64,000 nt of DNA from a virus: the IMG/VR virus record IMGVR_UViG_3300025133_000030, positions 89,804 through 153,803 of that record. One strand, 5' to 3'. Position 1 is the first letter of the stretch. Each line of letters opens with the position of its first letter. A program made the position numbers and the translations under genes. This document shows positions 1-9,494 of the stretch, piece after piece. A model generated the notes under the pieces. It had not been told where the DNA came from. It was given only the letters and a program-made list of their open reading frames with translations, and made no database searches.

Positions 1-12
1 TAAGTTTGAAAG

Positions 13-786
13 TTATTCTGAATATTTTTTATTTAGCATCGTTTCATACCCCTCTTCGATGAAGGACATTGTTTCGTAATAATTTGAAATCAATGATACG
101 TGGTTGAATTTCTGAGCCGTCGCGTACAATATCCCAACGAGAGCCATTTTTTCGTTGAGCACTCCACTACCAGAACTGCCTCCAATTGCAGGGATTGTCG
201 TCATTGCATTCGGTCCACCGGGAATCATTCCACTGAACAGTCCCATTAGAATAGGAAAGGTTGGTGGGTGAAATATACCAACCGGAGCAGATAAGGAAAT
301 CACTTCTTCGCCAACTTTGGGAGGCCTTGAGGATATTTTCACTCCTTTGGTTTTGAGATTTGGTACATATAACATACAGAGGTCACGAGGGTCCATATCC
401 CCAGACGTCATAGAAATCACACTTCCAGTTTCAATTTCTCCTAAAATATTTTCAGCCTTTAATACTTTCTGAGCGCTTTCAATCGTCACAGCATATTTTC
501 TATTCATAGAGACATAACACATATGTCCAGCAGTTAATATCACAGACCCTCCTTTATGCATTCCTATTGAAATTCCACTCCCAACAGAGGTAAAGGTGCT
601 AATTTTACAGATGGTGTCTTTTTTACACTTATCTATTGAAAACATTCTGTGTATTTTTACGAAAGATTTGGTTGGTATTATTCTTTTTGTTTTTATTGGG
701 CTATTATTATGCTTGTTATTCTTTATTGTGCAACTTGATAAAGAAATACATGCAAAAAACAGCACAAAGATTAGTAATTTATTCAT
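13..786 (-). CDS. Trypsin-like (S1) serine protease with lipoprotein-type signal peptide
   Basis: Triad motifs LTAGHM, RDLCML and GGSSGSG; N-terminus MNK + hydrophobic stretch + ISLSSC lipobox-like; GGAG RBS at 795-792 on the minus strand. Confidence 0.8.
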   Translation of the reverse strand: MNKLLIFVLFFACISLSSCTIKNNKHNNSPIKTKRIIPTKSFVKIHRMFSIDKCKKDTICKISTFTSVGSGISIGMHKGGSVILTAGHMCYVSMNRKYAVTIESAQKVLKAENILGEIETGSVISMTSGDMDPRDLCMLYVPNLKTKGVKISSRPPKVGEEVISLSAPVGIFHPPTFPILMGLFSGMIPGGPNAMTTIPAIGGSSGSGVLNEKMALVGILYATAQKFNHVSLISNYYETMSFIEEGYETMLNKKYSE

Positions 787-802
787 GGATGCTCCTATAT
801 AA

Positions 803-809
803 TAACTAT
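803..809 (-). promoter_or_regulatory. Candidate late-promoter variant ATAGTTA inside a 7-bp hairpin (793-813) overlapping the protease RBS
   Basis: One mismatch to CTANTTA, 16 nt upstream of the start codon; inverted repeat TCCTATA(793-799)/TATAGGA(807-813). Confidence 0.35.
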
Positions 810-827
810 AGGAATACAGTTGTTTTT

Positions 828-857
828 TTGTAAAAAACTATTCTCAATCTGTATGAT
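828..857 (+). promoter_or_regulatory. Possible sigma70-type promoter
   Basis: TTGTAA (828-833), 18-nt spacer, TATGAT (852-857), upstream of the ORF at 870. Confidence 0.4.
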
Positions 858-869
858 CAAGGAAAAGTA

Positions 870-1100
870 ATGAAGACTCTTATAACAATTTTTGTTTTCT
901 CTGCAGCAGGAAGCATAACAAACCAGACATCGAAACCAAACAATAACCCAGTCCAGATTGTTTCTCCAAGTGAAATTTCAATTCTAAAAAAGCAATTTTC
1001 ATTCGAAGGCCAACTAAAAGTGACTCCGCACAACGAAGGTCAAGTAAAACCCGGTTCACAGTTTTATAACGTACCTACTGAGTGGGTAAAAGTAAAGTAG
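870..1100 (+). CDS. Small hypothetical protein with signal-peptide-like N-terminus
   Basis: AAGGA RBS; MKTLITIFVFSAAG N-terminus; fills the intergenic space. Confidence 0.55.
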   Translation: MKTLITIFVFSAAGSITNQTSKPNNNPVQIVSPSEISILKKQFSFEGQLKVTPHNEGQVKPGSQFYNVPTEWVKVK

Positions 1101-1104
1101 AAGC

Positions 1105-1111
1105 CTAGTTA
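1105..1111 (+). promoter_or_regulatory. Candidate phage late promoter CTAGTTA
   Basis: CTANTTA motif in an intergenic gap, 23 nt before the start codon; same motif recurs at 25139, 37131 and 58690. Confidence 0.45.
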
Positions 1112-1134
1112 CTCTATAAGAAAGAGAGTTTAAC

Positions 1135-2457
1135 TTGGTTAAGAAAACATACGTCCTAGATACTAGCGTTTACCTCACAGATTCGAAATCCTTAGAATCT
1201 TATGGAAATAATGATATTGTTATTCCACTGAAGGTTTTAGACGAAATAGATAAACACAAAAAAAGACAAGACCCCGTAGGAACTCAAGCTAGAGCTACTA
1301 TAAGAAAGCTAGACGCCCTTCGCGAAAGAGGTAACTTATGCAAAGGTATGCGAATAGACAAAGGCAAGGGTATTCTTGTAGTTAAGAGTTATGATCCCTT
1401 TGTTATGCCAGATGATTTAGACCTAGAAGATCCAGATAATCAAATAATTGCCACTGCACTCACAGAGAGGAGTAAAAATCCAAAAAGAAAAGTAGTGGTG
1501 GTTTCAAGGGATATTAATATGAGAGTCAAGTGTGATTCTCTAGGGTTAATATCAGAAGATTATTCTCTAGAACATGTCATAGACGATGCTGGTGGGTTGT
1601 TTTCAGGGTATATAGAGCACCTAGTGGACGATCAGATTATAGAATCGTTCTATGTAGACGAGCCAACTTACTTAGATCGCGCCGAGATAGTTGTGCATCC
1701 AAACCAGTTTGTTATGTTGGTCTCCAACTCTAACGATAAAAAAACAGCCTTAGCTAGATTTATAAACTACGAAACGCCCCTTAGTAAGATTCCAAATTTC
1801 AAAAGAGGTATCTGGGGAGTTAAAGCAAGAAACAAAGAGCAGAGCTTCGCAATAGATCTATTGATGGATCCAGCCGTCCCAGTGGTCAGCCTAGTGGGAA
1901 AAGCCGGATCAGGTAAAACACTATTGGCTCTTGCTGCAGCCTTAGAACAAACATTTGGCTCAGACGGCAAAGCACGCACATATAACAAGATAGTAGTAAC
2001 GAAACCAGTCGAGCCGGTAGGTAAAGATATAGGCTTTTTACCCGGGTCTTTAGAAGAAAAAATGATGCCATGGCTAGCCCCGATACAAGATAACTTGCAA
2101 AATCTATTCGGAAATGATAGAATGACATTAGATCAACACGTTCACGAAGGAAGAATAGAAATTGAAGCAATGACTTATATAAGAGGGCGTTCTATTGCTA
2201 ACTCGATAATAATAATCGACGAAGTTCAGAATATGACACAACATGAGATAAAAACAGTCCTCACTAGAGTAGGGGAAGGTACTAAAATTATACTTACTGG
2301 AGATGTGGAACAGATAGACAACGTATATATAGATTCCACTAATAACGGGCTAGCATATGTCGTTGAAAAATTAAAATCTGAATCGATTTCTGGACATATT
2401 ACCCTGCAAAAAGGCGAACGCTCAAAAGTTGCTACAATTTCTGCAAAATTACTATAA
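1135..2457 (+). CDS. phoH: PIN-domain/PhoH-family ATPase fusion (PhoH2/YlaK-like)
   Basis: PIN motifs VLDTSV and SRDINMRVK; Walker A GKAGSGKT; PhoH motifs IGFLPG, YIRGRS, IIDEVQN, LTRVGEG, GDVEQID; TTG start. Confidence 0.92.
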   Translation: MVKKTYVLDTSVYLTDSKSLESYGNNDIVIPLKVLDEIDKHKKRQDPVGTQARATIRKLDALRERGNLCKGMRIDKGKGILVVKSYDPFVMPDDLDLEDPDNQIIATALTERSKNPKRKVVVVSRDINMRVKCDSLGLISEDYSLEHVIDDAGGLFSGYIEHLVDDQIIESFYVDEPTYLDRAEIVVHPNQFVMLVSNSNDKKTALARFINYETPLSKIPNFKRGIWGVKARNKEQSFAIDLLMDPAVPVVSLVGKAGSGKTLLALAAALEQTFGSDGKARTYNKIVVTKPVEPVGKDIGFLPGSLEEKMMPWLAPIQDNLQNLFGNDRMTLDQHVHEGRIEIEAMTYIRGRSIANSIIIIDEVQNMTQHEIKTVLTRVGEGTKIILTGDVEQIDNVYIDSTNNGLAYVVEKLKSESISGHITLQKGERSKVATISAKLL

Positions 2458-2459
2458 AA

Positions 2460-3137
2460 ATGAAAGAATATATTAAAAAATCATCCCAAAAGAGGGTGGG
2501 TGAGTTTCCAATTGTGGGTTGGGGAATCAATTTGGTCGTTGCGGACCCCATCACAAATAACGTCTCGCCAACTTCAGTCATAGAAAGACTTAAAGCTAAG
2601 ATACCTCACAAATATATAGAAAACATCGATGCTATATACGTGGGAAAATTTAAACACCTAGAGAAAATGGACCACAACGCAAGCTATATGGATGGAGTAA
2701 TATATGTAACAAGCGAACAAGACTCAGAATATGATATGCTTGACGACATTGTTCACGAAATTGGCCACGCAGTCGAAGAGTTGTACGGTATGTCCATGTA
2801 TGCAGATAAGAAAATCGAAAGGGAATTTCTAGGTAAACGCCATCGATTATATGATTTGCTAGCTTCGGAAGGATATGACGTGGAACCTTATCAGGTAGAT
2901 TTTTTGTCTCCTGATTATAATCAAAGATTGGATTCTTTTTTTTATATGGAGGTTGGATATCCCTTTATGGAGATGTTGTCTTCTACTTTATTTTATAGTC
3001 CGTACGGCGCAACCAGCTTAAGAGAATACTTCGCAAACGGGTTTGAGTCTATTTATTTTTCAAACAACGGTAATCGACTAAAAAAAATAAGCCCCATATT
3101 GTATAATAAGATAAAATCAATAGAAGGGAATGAATAA
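2460..3137 (+). CDS. Zinc metallopeptidase-like protein (HExxH)
   Basis: VHEIGHAV plus downstream REYFANGFE third-ligand-like motif. Confidence 0.65.
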   Translation: MKEYIKKSSQKRVGEFPIVGWGINLVVADPITNNVSPTSVIERLKAKIPHKYIENIDAIYVGKFKHLEKMDHNASYMDGVIYVTSEQDSEYDMLDDIVHEIGHAVEELYGMSMYADKKIEREFLGKRHRLYDLLASEGYDVEPYQVDFLSPDYNQRLDSFFYMEVGYPFMEMLSSTLFYSPYGATSLREYFANGFESIYFSNNGNRLKKISPILYNKIKSIEGNE

Positions 3138-3502
3138 TGATTGAAATTAAGACAGAAAACAACTCTATCACTGTTAGTGTGGAATTGGAAAAGAGAACTT
3201 ATGCGAAAGATGAGATAACATCATTTTCTAATTCTCAAATTAGGAATATGTTGGTTGATTTGGGTCATAATTTGGATTTTTTTGAGATGACCAAGCAAGG
3301 ATATGTGTCAAATAGGACTGACAGGCAATTGTCCGATAGTTGGGTTTTTGTAAAGAAAAACTTGCAAACTTCTGATGTTTCTGATATAATAGAAACAAAG
3401 AAAGAAGTAAAAAATGTCAAACCAAAACCAAAACCAAAATCAAGGACTACTACAAATAGAAGAGCCTCGCGTACCCGAAAAACAAAAAAAACCACCGATT
3501 AA
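3137..3502 (+). CDS. Hypothetical protein with basic C-terminal tail
   Basis: TAATG coupling with the upstream gene; KPKPKP/RRASRTRK basic tail; overlaps the next ORF by 89 nt. Confidence 0.6.
   Translation: MIEIKTENNSITVSVELEKRTYAKDEITSFSNSQIRNMLVDLGHNLDFFEMTKQGYVSNRTDRQLSDSWVFVKKNLQTSDVSDIIETKKEVKNVKPKPKPKSRTTTNRRASRTRKTKKTTD
3362..3390 (+). promoter_or_regulatory. Sigma70-type promoter with extended -10, embedded in a CDS
   Basis: TTGCAA (3362-3367), 17-nt spacer, TGa-TATAAT (3385-3390); ATG at 3414. Confidence 0.65.
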
Positions 3503-4274
3503 AGAGCATGTAAGTTTTTCTGAACTGAAGAACTGGATGACATGTTCATATTATCACAAAGTCGTATACATCGATGGAAATAAGTTTTTTATGGGTAACG
3601 AGTATACTGCTTTTGGTACAGCTCTACATTCCTTATGTGAAGCGTGGGTGGAAGATAGGTTAGATACGACGCCTGAGAAATTCTTTGTTAAAGAATTTGT
3701 AAAAGAGATTAAGGGTCTTCCTGATTCTCTAGAATTGAATAAAAAACTTTTGCTAGATATGAAAATACAAGGCGAAGTATTGGCTCCAATGACCATTCCA
3801 TATTTGAAAAATCACTTTGGTGAGTTTGAATTGGTATCCGTCGAAGAAAAACTCATGGAGCCAATCACGGAGTATAAAGCTTCAGATTATAAATTTAAAG
3901 GCTTCATCGACCTCGTAATAAAAGACGCCAAAGGGACATATCACATTATAGACTGGAAATCCTGCACATGGGGCTGGAACGCGAAGAAACGCTCTGATCC
4001 AGCAGTAACATACCAGTTAACGTATTACAAAAACTATTTTGCAAAAAAGCACAATATCGATCCATCAGATATAAAGACTCACTTTGCATTGTTGAAAAGA
4101 ACCCCAAAAAGTAACCAAGTAGAAATATTTGAAGTTACTTCCGGACCAGTAAGAACTAAAAATGCTGTTAAATTACTTAAAGATATGCTTTATAATGTAA
4201 CAGAAGGCATCGTTGTGAAGAATCGACTTTCTTGTGAACGATGCGATATATATAAAACTGAATATTGCATTTAA
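3414..4274 (+). CDS. PD-(D/E)XK exonuclease, Cas4/AddB-like, with putative Fe-S cysteines
   Basis: SFSEL..C, FGTALH, KGFIDLV, IIDWKS and YQLTYY motifs; C-terminal CERC...C with an N-terminal Cys. Confidence 0.85.
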   Translation: MSNQNQNQNQGLLQIEEPRVPEKQKKPPIKEHVSFSELKNWMTCSYYHKVVYIDGNKFFMGNEYTAFGTALHSLCEAWVEDRLDTTPEKFFVKEFVKEIKGLPDSLELNKKLLLDMKIQGEVLAPMTIPYLKNHFGEFELVSVEEKLMEPITEYKASDYKFKGFIDLVIKDAKGTYHIIDWKSCTWGWNAKKRSDPAVTYQLTYYKNYFAKKHNIDPSDIKTHFALLKRTPKSNQVEIFEVTSGPVRTKNAVKLLKDMLYNVTEGIVVKNRLSCERCDIYKTEYCI

Positions 4275-4286
4275 CAGGTATACAAC

Positions 4287-5549
4287 ATGTCTAAAACTAA
4301 AAAAACCGTGATTACGATAAGTGACCACCCGTTTTCACCTAGCGGAGTGGGAACGCAAACTAAGCACTTCATTGAATCTATGCTTGAAACTGGAGAATAC
4401 CGGTTTTTGAGTTTGGGTGGTGCCATCCGTCATAATGATTATACGCCATCGAAAACTGAGAAATGGGGGGAGGACTGGGTAGTAGTGCCCGTCGACGGAT
4501 ACGGAACAAAGGAATTCATAAGGCACTTGCTGGCAGCAGAGAAGCCAGATGCTTTGTGGATTATGACAGACCCTAGATTTTGGGGTTGGCTCTGGGCCAT
4601 GGACAATGAAATAAGAACAAACGTTCCAATTATATACTATCATGTTTGGGATAATTACCCATTTCCTACTTTCAATAAGAAATACTATGAATCCAATGAT
4701 TATATTGCAACAATATCTAAAGTAACTGACGACATTGTAGCGAATGTAGCACCTTCTGTAAAGAGGAAATATATCCCCCACTCAGTCGATTCTGATATTT
4801 TTTGCACCCTTTCAGAAAAGGAGACGAAAGAGTTTAGGAAAGTTTCTTTTGGCGATGAGAAAAAGAAATTCACAGTACTTTGGAATAACCGGAATGCAAG
4901 AAGAAAGCAGTCCGGATCTTTAATTTTCTGGTTTAAGGAATTCCTTGATATTGTTGGTCATGACAATGCTAGATTGATTATGCACACGGAGCCCAGTGAT
5001 CCCAACGGTCAGGATCTGATGGCTATCATGAAGAACTTAGACCTTTTAAATGGTCAAGTTATGCTTTCTACGGAAAAGATGCCCCAGCCATCGTTGGCCA
5101 GAATGTACAACATTGCTGATGTGACAATTAATGTCTCTGATGCAGAGGGTTTTGGTCTTGCAACTTTGGAATCACTATCTTGCGGCACTCCAATTATAGT
5201 GACAATGACAGGGGGCCTTCAGGAGCAGGTCACTGATGGTAAGAGCTGGTTTGGAATTGGCATTGAGCCCTCGTCTAAGGCTATTATCGGATCCCAAGAG
5301 GTTCCTTGGATATACGAAGATAGAATCAATAAGAAAGATGTTGTTGATTCGCTTGTTAAGATGTACAACATGACAGATAAGGAAAGGATTGAACTTGGGT
5401 CTAAGGGTCGTGAGCATGTTCTTAAGAACTATAATCCCGAAGTCTGCAAACAGAAGTGGATTGATTTAATGAACGAAGTAGCTGAAGATATGGGCTCTTG
5501 GGAGAATAGAAAAGGCTATGACAACTGGACAATGGAGAAAATAGCGTGA
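4287..5549 (+). CDS. Glycosyltransferase family 4 (GT-B)
   Basis: SGVG N-terminal motif, RNARRK, EGFGLATLESLSCGTP (Ex7E) signature. Confidence 0.9.
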   Translation: MSKTKKTVITISDHPFSPSGVGTQTKHFIESMLETGEYRFLSLGGAIRHNDYTPSKTEKWGEDWVVVPVDGYGTKEFIRHLLAAEKPDALWIMTDPRFWGWLWAMDNEIRTNVPIIYYHVWDNYPFPTFNKKYYESNDYIATISKVTDDIVANVAPSVKRKYIPHSVDSDIFCTLSEKETKEFRKVSFGDEKKKFTVLWNNRNARRKQSGSLIFWFKEFLDIVGHDNARLIMHTEPSDPNGQDLMAIMKNLDLLNGQVMLSTEKMPQPSLARMYNIADVTINVSDAEGFGLATLESLSCGTPIIVTMTGGLQEQVTDGKSWFGIGIEPSSKAIIGSQEVPWIYEDRINKKDVVDSLVKMYNMTDKERIELGSKGREHVLKNYNPEVCKQKWIDLMNEVAEDMGSWENRKGYDNWTMEKIA

Positions 5550-6835
5550 TCAAGTTACTGGTAAGAGGACCGGCACTAAGCCGCTCAGGATATGGCGAGC
5601 AGACAAGGTTTGCAATGAAAGCCCTTCGAGAAGAAGAGCACAAGTATGATATATATCTGGAAAACGTTGGCTGGGGCCAAACCGGAGTCGTTGCTGAAGA
5701 CACAGATGAAAAGAGGTGGTTGGAGTCTTTAGTCGCCAAGACCGCAGCCTATAAACAGTCCGGCGGCAAGTACGATATTTCTTTACAAGTGACTATTCCA
5801 AACGAATGGGAAAAATTGGCCCCTATTAATGTTGGGTACACTGCTGGCATTGAGGTCGACCGAATATCACACGTGTGGATCGAGAAAGCAAAAATAATGG
5901 ATAGAATTATTGTAATTTCAAACCACGCAAAAGACACCTTTAATAGCACTAAATATGATATGCTTGACAACGATCGGAACCCGATCGGCACCTTAGAAAA
6001 TAAAACTAGAATAGATGTAGTAAACTACCCAGTAAGGACATGCTCCCCCGGTGCACCACTTGAGCTTGATTTGGAGCACGACACTAATTTTCTGGCTGTA
6101 GCACAATGGTGCCCTCGAAAGAATTTTGAAAACACTGTTCGCTGGTTTTTAGATGAGTTTAGGAACGACGAAGTTGGGCTTGTTCTAAAAACCAATATTA
6201 TGAACAATTGTAACATAGATAAAGAGCACACGAGAGATAGACTCAGAGCCTTACTCGATTCCTACAAAGATAGGAAGTGTTCGGTACACCTCATTCACGG
6301 AGATATGTCAGAACAGGAGATGGCCTCATTGTACACTCACCCTAAAATTTCAGCACTTATTACGCTAACTCATGGCGAAGGGTTTGGCCTGCCTATTTTT
6401 GAGGCAGTATGTAATGAGTTGCCAGTGATCGCACCAGACTGGAGCGGTCAAGTCGATTTCTTATATGGTGAAGTCAAAGAAAGAAAAAAGGTTCGGAAAA
6501 AGGTTGTTACAAAAAATAAGAAAAAGGCACTATTTCTTCCTGTCTCCTATAAGCTCGCCCCGGTCGCACCTGAGTCGGTTTGGGATGGGGTTATTGAAGC
6601 TGGTTCTCACTGGTGTTATGCAGATAAAACCTCTTATATGGGCTGCTTGCGAAAGTTTACAAAAAATAAAAAACTCTACCAATCATGGGCCAAGAAGTTG
6701 AAAGAATATGTATTTGAGCATTTCTCCGAAGAAAAGCTCAACACTATGATGAGGGAGTCAATTCTCCTCGACCACCCCGGCTTGGCGAATTACAATGAAA
6801 ATGTAGCAGATACAAGGATTCGGGTATTCAACTAA
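5546..6835 (+). CDS. Glycosyltransferase family 4 (GT-B)
   Basis: SGYG, PRKN and GEGFGLPIFEAVCNELP; GTG start overlapping the upstream TGA. Confidence 0.88.
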   Translation: MIKLLVRGPALSRSGYGEQTRFAMKALREEEHKYDIYLENVGWGQTGVVAEDTDEKRWLESLVAKTAAYKQSGGKYDISLQVTIPNEWEKLAPINVGYTAGIEVDRISHVWIEKAKIMDRIIVISNHAKDTFNSTKYDMLDNDRNPIGTLENKTRIDVVNYPVRTCSPGAPLELDLEHDTNFLAVAQWCPRKNFENTVRWFLDEFRNDEVGLVLKTNIMNNCNIDKEHTRDRLRALLDSYKDRKCSVHLIHGDMSEQEMASLYTHPKISALITLTHGEGFGLPIFEAVCNELPVIAPDWSGQVDFLYGEVKERKKVRKKVVTKNKKKALFLPVSYKLAPVAPESVWDGVIEAGSHWCYADKTSYMGCLRKFTKNKKLYQSWAKKLKEYVFEHFSEEKLNTMMRESILLDHPGLANYNENVADTRIRVFN

Positions 6836-8446
6836 ATGGATATTGTATTTGTTTCTGATTTTTTCTTAAGGCAGGTAACTGGTGGGGCCGAATTGGCCGA
6901 CGATTGTCTTATTAAGTATTTGGTAAATTTTAACAATAATGTTGAACTATGCTCAGCAAGAAACACCAAGTTTCTTTTCGAAACCATCAAATCAGAAAAA
7001 GAATACTATTATATAGTTTCTAATTTTACCAGCCTGTCGGAGGAGTCAAAACAGGCATTAATGACTCAGAAGTATTCTATATACGAACACGATCACAAAT
7101 ACCTACAAGAGCGAAACCCGTCCATATATAAAGATTTTCTGGCTCCTGAAAATCGAATAATAAATAGAAGGTTCTACAAGAACGCTCACCATGTGTTTTG
7201 TCAATCTAAGCTGCATGCCGAGGTTGTTGAAAAGAACTTAAAAATAGAAAATGTCGTAAATCTTGGATGCAGCATTTGGCACGAGCAGCACTTAAATTCA
7301 CTAAGAAACGCTATCGGCACAGAGAAGGTTGCCAAAGCTTGTATTCTTGATTCTGAAAATTCAATAAAAGGAAAAACACAAGCGATAGGTTATTGTAAAG
7401 ACAATAAAGTGGAGTATGATTTAATTGGCTCCAGCAATTTCGACGAGTTCGTCGGCCAAATGGCGAAGTACGAAAGTCTGGTGTTCTTCCCTCAAGTGTT
7501 GGAGAGTTTCTGTAGATTGGCTATAGAAGCTAGGATTTTAGGCTGCAAGCTTGTCACGAATGAATTACTGGGGTGCACTTCTGAAGAATGGTTTCCGGAA
7601 TATAAAGGCGAAGAGCTTCTTGATTTTATACAAAACAAACAGCTTGAAGTGGTATCTAGGTTTGTAGAATTAATCAAAAGTGATGTCGTCCGAAAATCCG
7701 AGGTCGCCGATTTGACAGTTGTGTTGAATTCTTACCGCAGGCCATATAATTTGAAAATGCAGATAGAAGCCATTAATAGACAAACAGTAAGACCTAAACA
7801 AATTTGGCTGTGGGTCAACGCCCATGAGGATAATGAGGGATTTGACTACAGTGAGTTAGGTGTAGATAGGATTTTCAACAACGACTATAATTGGAAGTTT
7901 TACGGTAGGTTTGCTGGAGCGTTGCTGGCAGATACTGAATATTTAGCAATTTTTGATGATGATACGATCCCCGGTGAGCGGTGGCTCGAAAACTGCTTAG
8001 AGACAATGGAAACTAATGAAGGTATTCTTGGTTCAGCCGGCATAATCCTCAACGACAAGTTCTATATTCAGCACGACCGCTGTGGTTGGCCCACACAAAA
8101 CAGTGAAATAACAAGAGTAGACTTGGTAGGCCACGCTTGGTTTTTCAAACGAGAGTGGCTGTCTCACTTGTGGAGAGAAAAACCAACAACTTGGGATAAC
8201 GGCGAAGATATCCAATTCTCTTATTTGGCTCAGAAATACGGAAATATCCAAACCTACTGCCCTCCACACCCACCAGAAGATAAAAGCCTTCATGGATCTG
8301 TTTTGGGCAACGAGTTGGGTATTGATATAAAAGCAACCTCAACTAACCAAGCGATATCACATCAGCGCTTTTTCAACGAAAGAGATATCTGTATTCAGAC
8401 AGCGATCAAAGGTGGTTGGAAAACTGTGAAAGCAATTAAAGCATGA
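6836..8446 (+). CDS. Two-domain glycosyltransferase (GT4-like N-terminus + GT-A/GT2-like C-terminus)
   Basis: GGAE and ESFCRLAIEARILGC in the N-terminal half; LTVVLNSYRRP, IFDDDTIPG (DxD) and GEDI in the C-terminal half. Confidence 0.78.
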   Translation: MDIVFVSDFFLRQVTGGAELADDCLIKYLVNFNNNVELCSARNTKFLFETIKSEKEYYYIVSNFTSLSEESKQALMTQKYSIYEHDHKYLQERNPSIYKDFLAPENRIINRRFYKNAHHVFCQSKLHAEVVEKNLKIENVVNLGCSIWHEQHLNSLRNAIGTEKVAKACILDSENSIKGKTQAIGYCKDNKVEYDLIGSSNFDEFVGQMAKYESLVFFPQVLESFCRLAIEARILGCKLVTNELLGCTSEEWFPEYKGEELLDFIQNKQLEVVSRFVELIKSDVVRKSEVADLTVVLNSYRRPYNLKMQIEAINRQTVRPKQIWLWVNAHEDNEGFDYSELGVDRIFNNDYNWKFYGRFAGALLADTEYLAIFDDDTIPGERWLENCLETMETNEGILGSAGIILNDKFYIQHDRCGWPTQNSEITRVDLVGHAWFFKREWLSHLWREKPTTWDNGEDIQFSYLAQKYGNIQTYCPPHPPEDKSLHGSVLGNELGIDIKATSTNQAISHQRFFNERDICIQTAIKGGWKTVKAIKA

Positions 8447-8504
8447 CTTTTGATAATTTTAAAAACTTGCACAATGTTTTATTAATCAACAGGAATATAA
8501 AATA

Positions 8505-9494
8505 ATGATTTTATTAAGTTTCGGAACCCGCCCAGAATTTATCAAGATAAAACCGGTAATAGAAAATTTAGAGATACCATACAAATTGTTGTTTACAGGT
8601 CAACATGAAGACTTGCTAAGTAATATAGAGGAAGAAGTGATCAAGCTTACCATCGACTCAGGCCAAAACCGGCTTGACTCTATAGTCTGTTCTATCTTAA
8701 ACAAGGACGATATATTTGAAGGAGTAGATGCAGTAATGGTTCAAGGGGATACAACTTCCGCCTTTTCTGTTGCTCTCGCTGCTTATCATAGGGGAATTAA
8801 AATAATTCACCTTGAAGCTGGGTTGAGATCGTTCAATAACAAGCACCCATTCCCGGAGGAGTTCAATCGAAGATCAATATCGTGCATGACCGATATACAC
8901 CTGTGTCCGACTAAGCATTCTGCGAAAAACTTAAGAGCAGAAAGTATAGATGGAATCATATATAACGTCGGTAACACTGCCTTAGATAATATAAAAGATC
9001 TAAACAAAGTATACGGCCAGAAGATTCTAGTAACATTACATCGACGAGAGAACTTTCCGATAATAGAAGAGTGGTTTACTGAGATTAACCGATTAGCCGA
9101 AGAGCATCCTGAACTGGAATTCATCTTACCGATCCACCCAAACCCCTCTGTCAAGAGGCACGTTGGCCTATTGAAGAGCGTCAAGGTCGTAGAGCCAATG
9201 GCCCACAGGGAGTTTCTGGAGCTTTTGGCCTCGTGTAAATTCGTGATAACTGATAGTGGTGGCCTGCAGGAAGAAAGCTCGTTTCTCAGGAAAAAGTGCA
9301 TAGTGTGTAGAGAGACCACAGAACGTCCAGAGGGCGTACATAAGTTTGCTTGGTTAGCCAATCCTAAAAATCTTGAGAAGGTTTTCAACAGAGTCAATAG
9401 GGACTTTGTTCCTCATTCTGTCTGTCCGTATGGAAACGGAAGGTCTGGACCGAAGATAAACAAAGTTTTGAAAAAGGAATTAGGTTATGAGTAA
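8505..9494 (+). CDS. wecB: UDP-N-acetylglucosamine 2-epimerase (non-hydrolysing)
   Basis: GTRPEFIK, TGQH, VQGDT, HLEAGLRS, PEEFNR, TDSGGLQEE, TERPEG. Confidence 0.95.
   Translation: MILLSFGTRPEFIKIKPVIENLEIPYKLLFTGQHEDLLSNIEEEVIKLTIDSGQNRLDSIVCSILNKDDIFEGVDAVMVQGDTTSAFSVALAAYHRGIKIIHLEAGLRSFNNKHPFPEEFNRRSISCMTDIHLCPTKHSAKNLRAESIDGIIYNVGNTALDNIKDLNKVYGQKILVTLHRRENFPIIEEWFTEINRLAEEHPELEFILPIHPNPSVKRHVGLLKSVKVVEPMAHREFLELLASCKFVITDSGGLQEESSFLRKKCIVCRETTERPEGVHKFAWLANPKNLEKVFNRVNRDFVPHSVCPYGNGRSGPKINKVLKKELGYE

Noticed and set aside
3414-4274. Cas4-like nuclease as evidence of a CRISPR-Cas locus
   Set aside because: No repeat-spacer array or other cas genes are visible, and intergenic gaps are under 90 nt, leaving no room for an array.
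8807-9397. 196-aa antisense ORF, and the many other short nested or antisense ORFs in the track
   Set aside because: They lie wholly within well-supported + strand genes and have no recognisable motifs.
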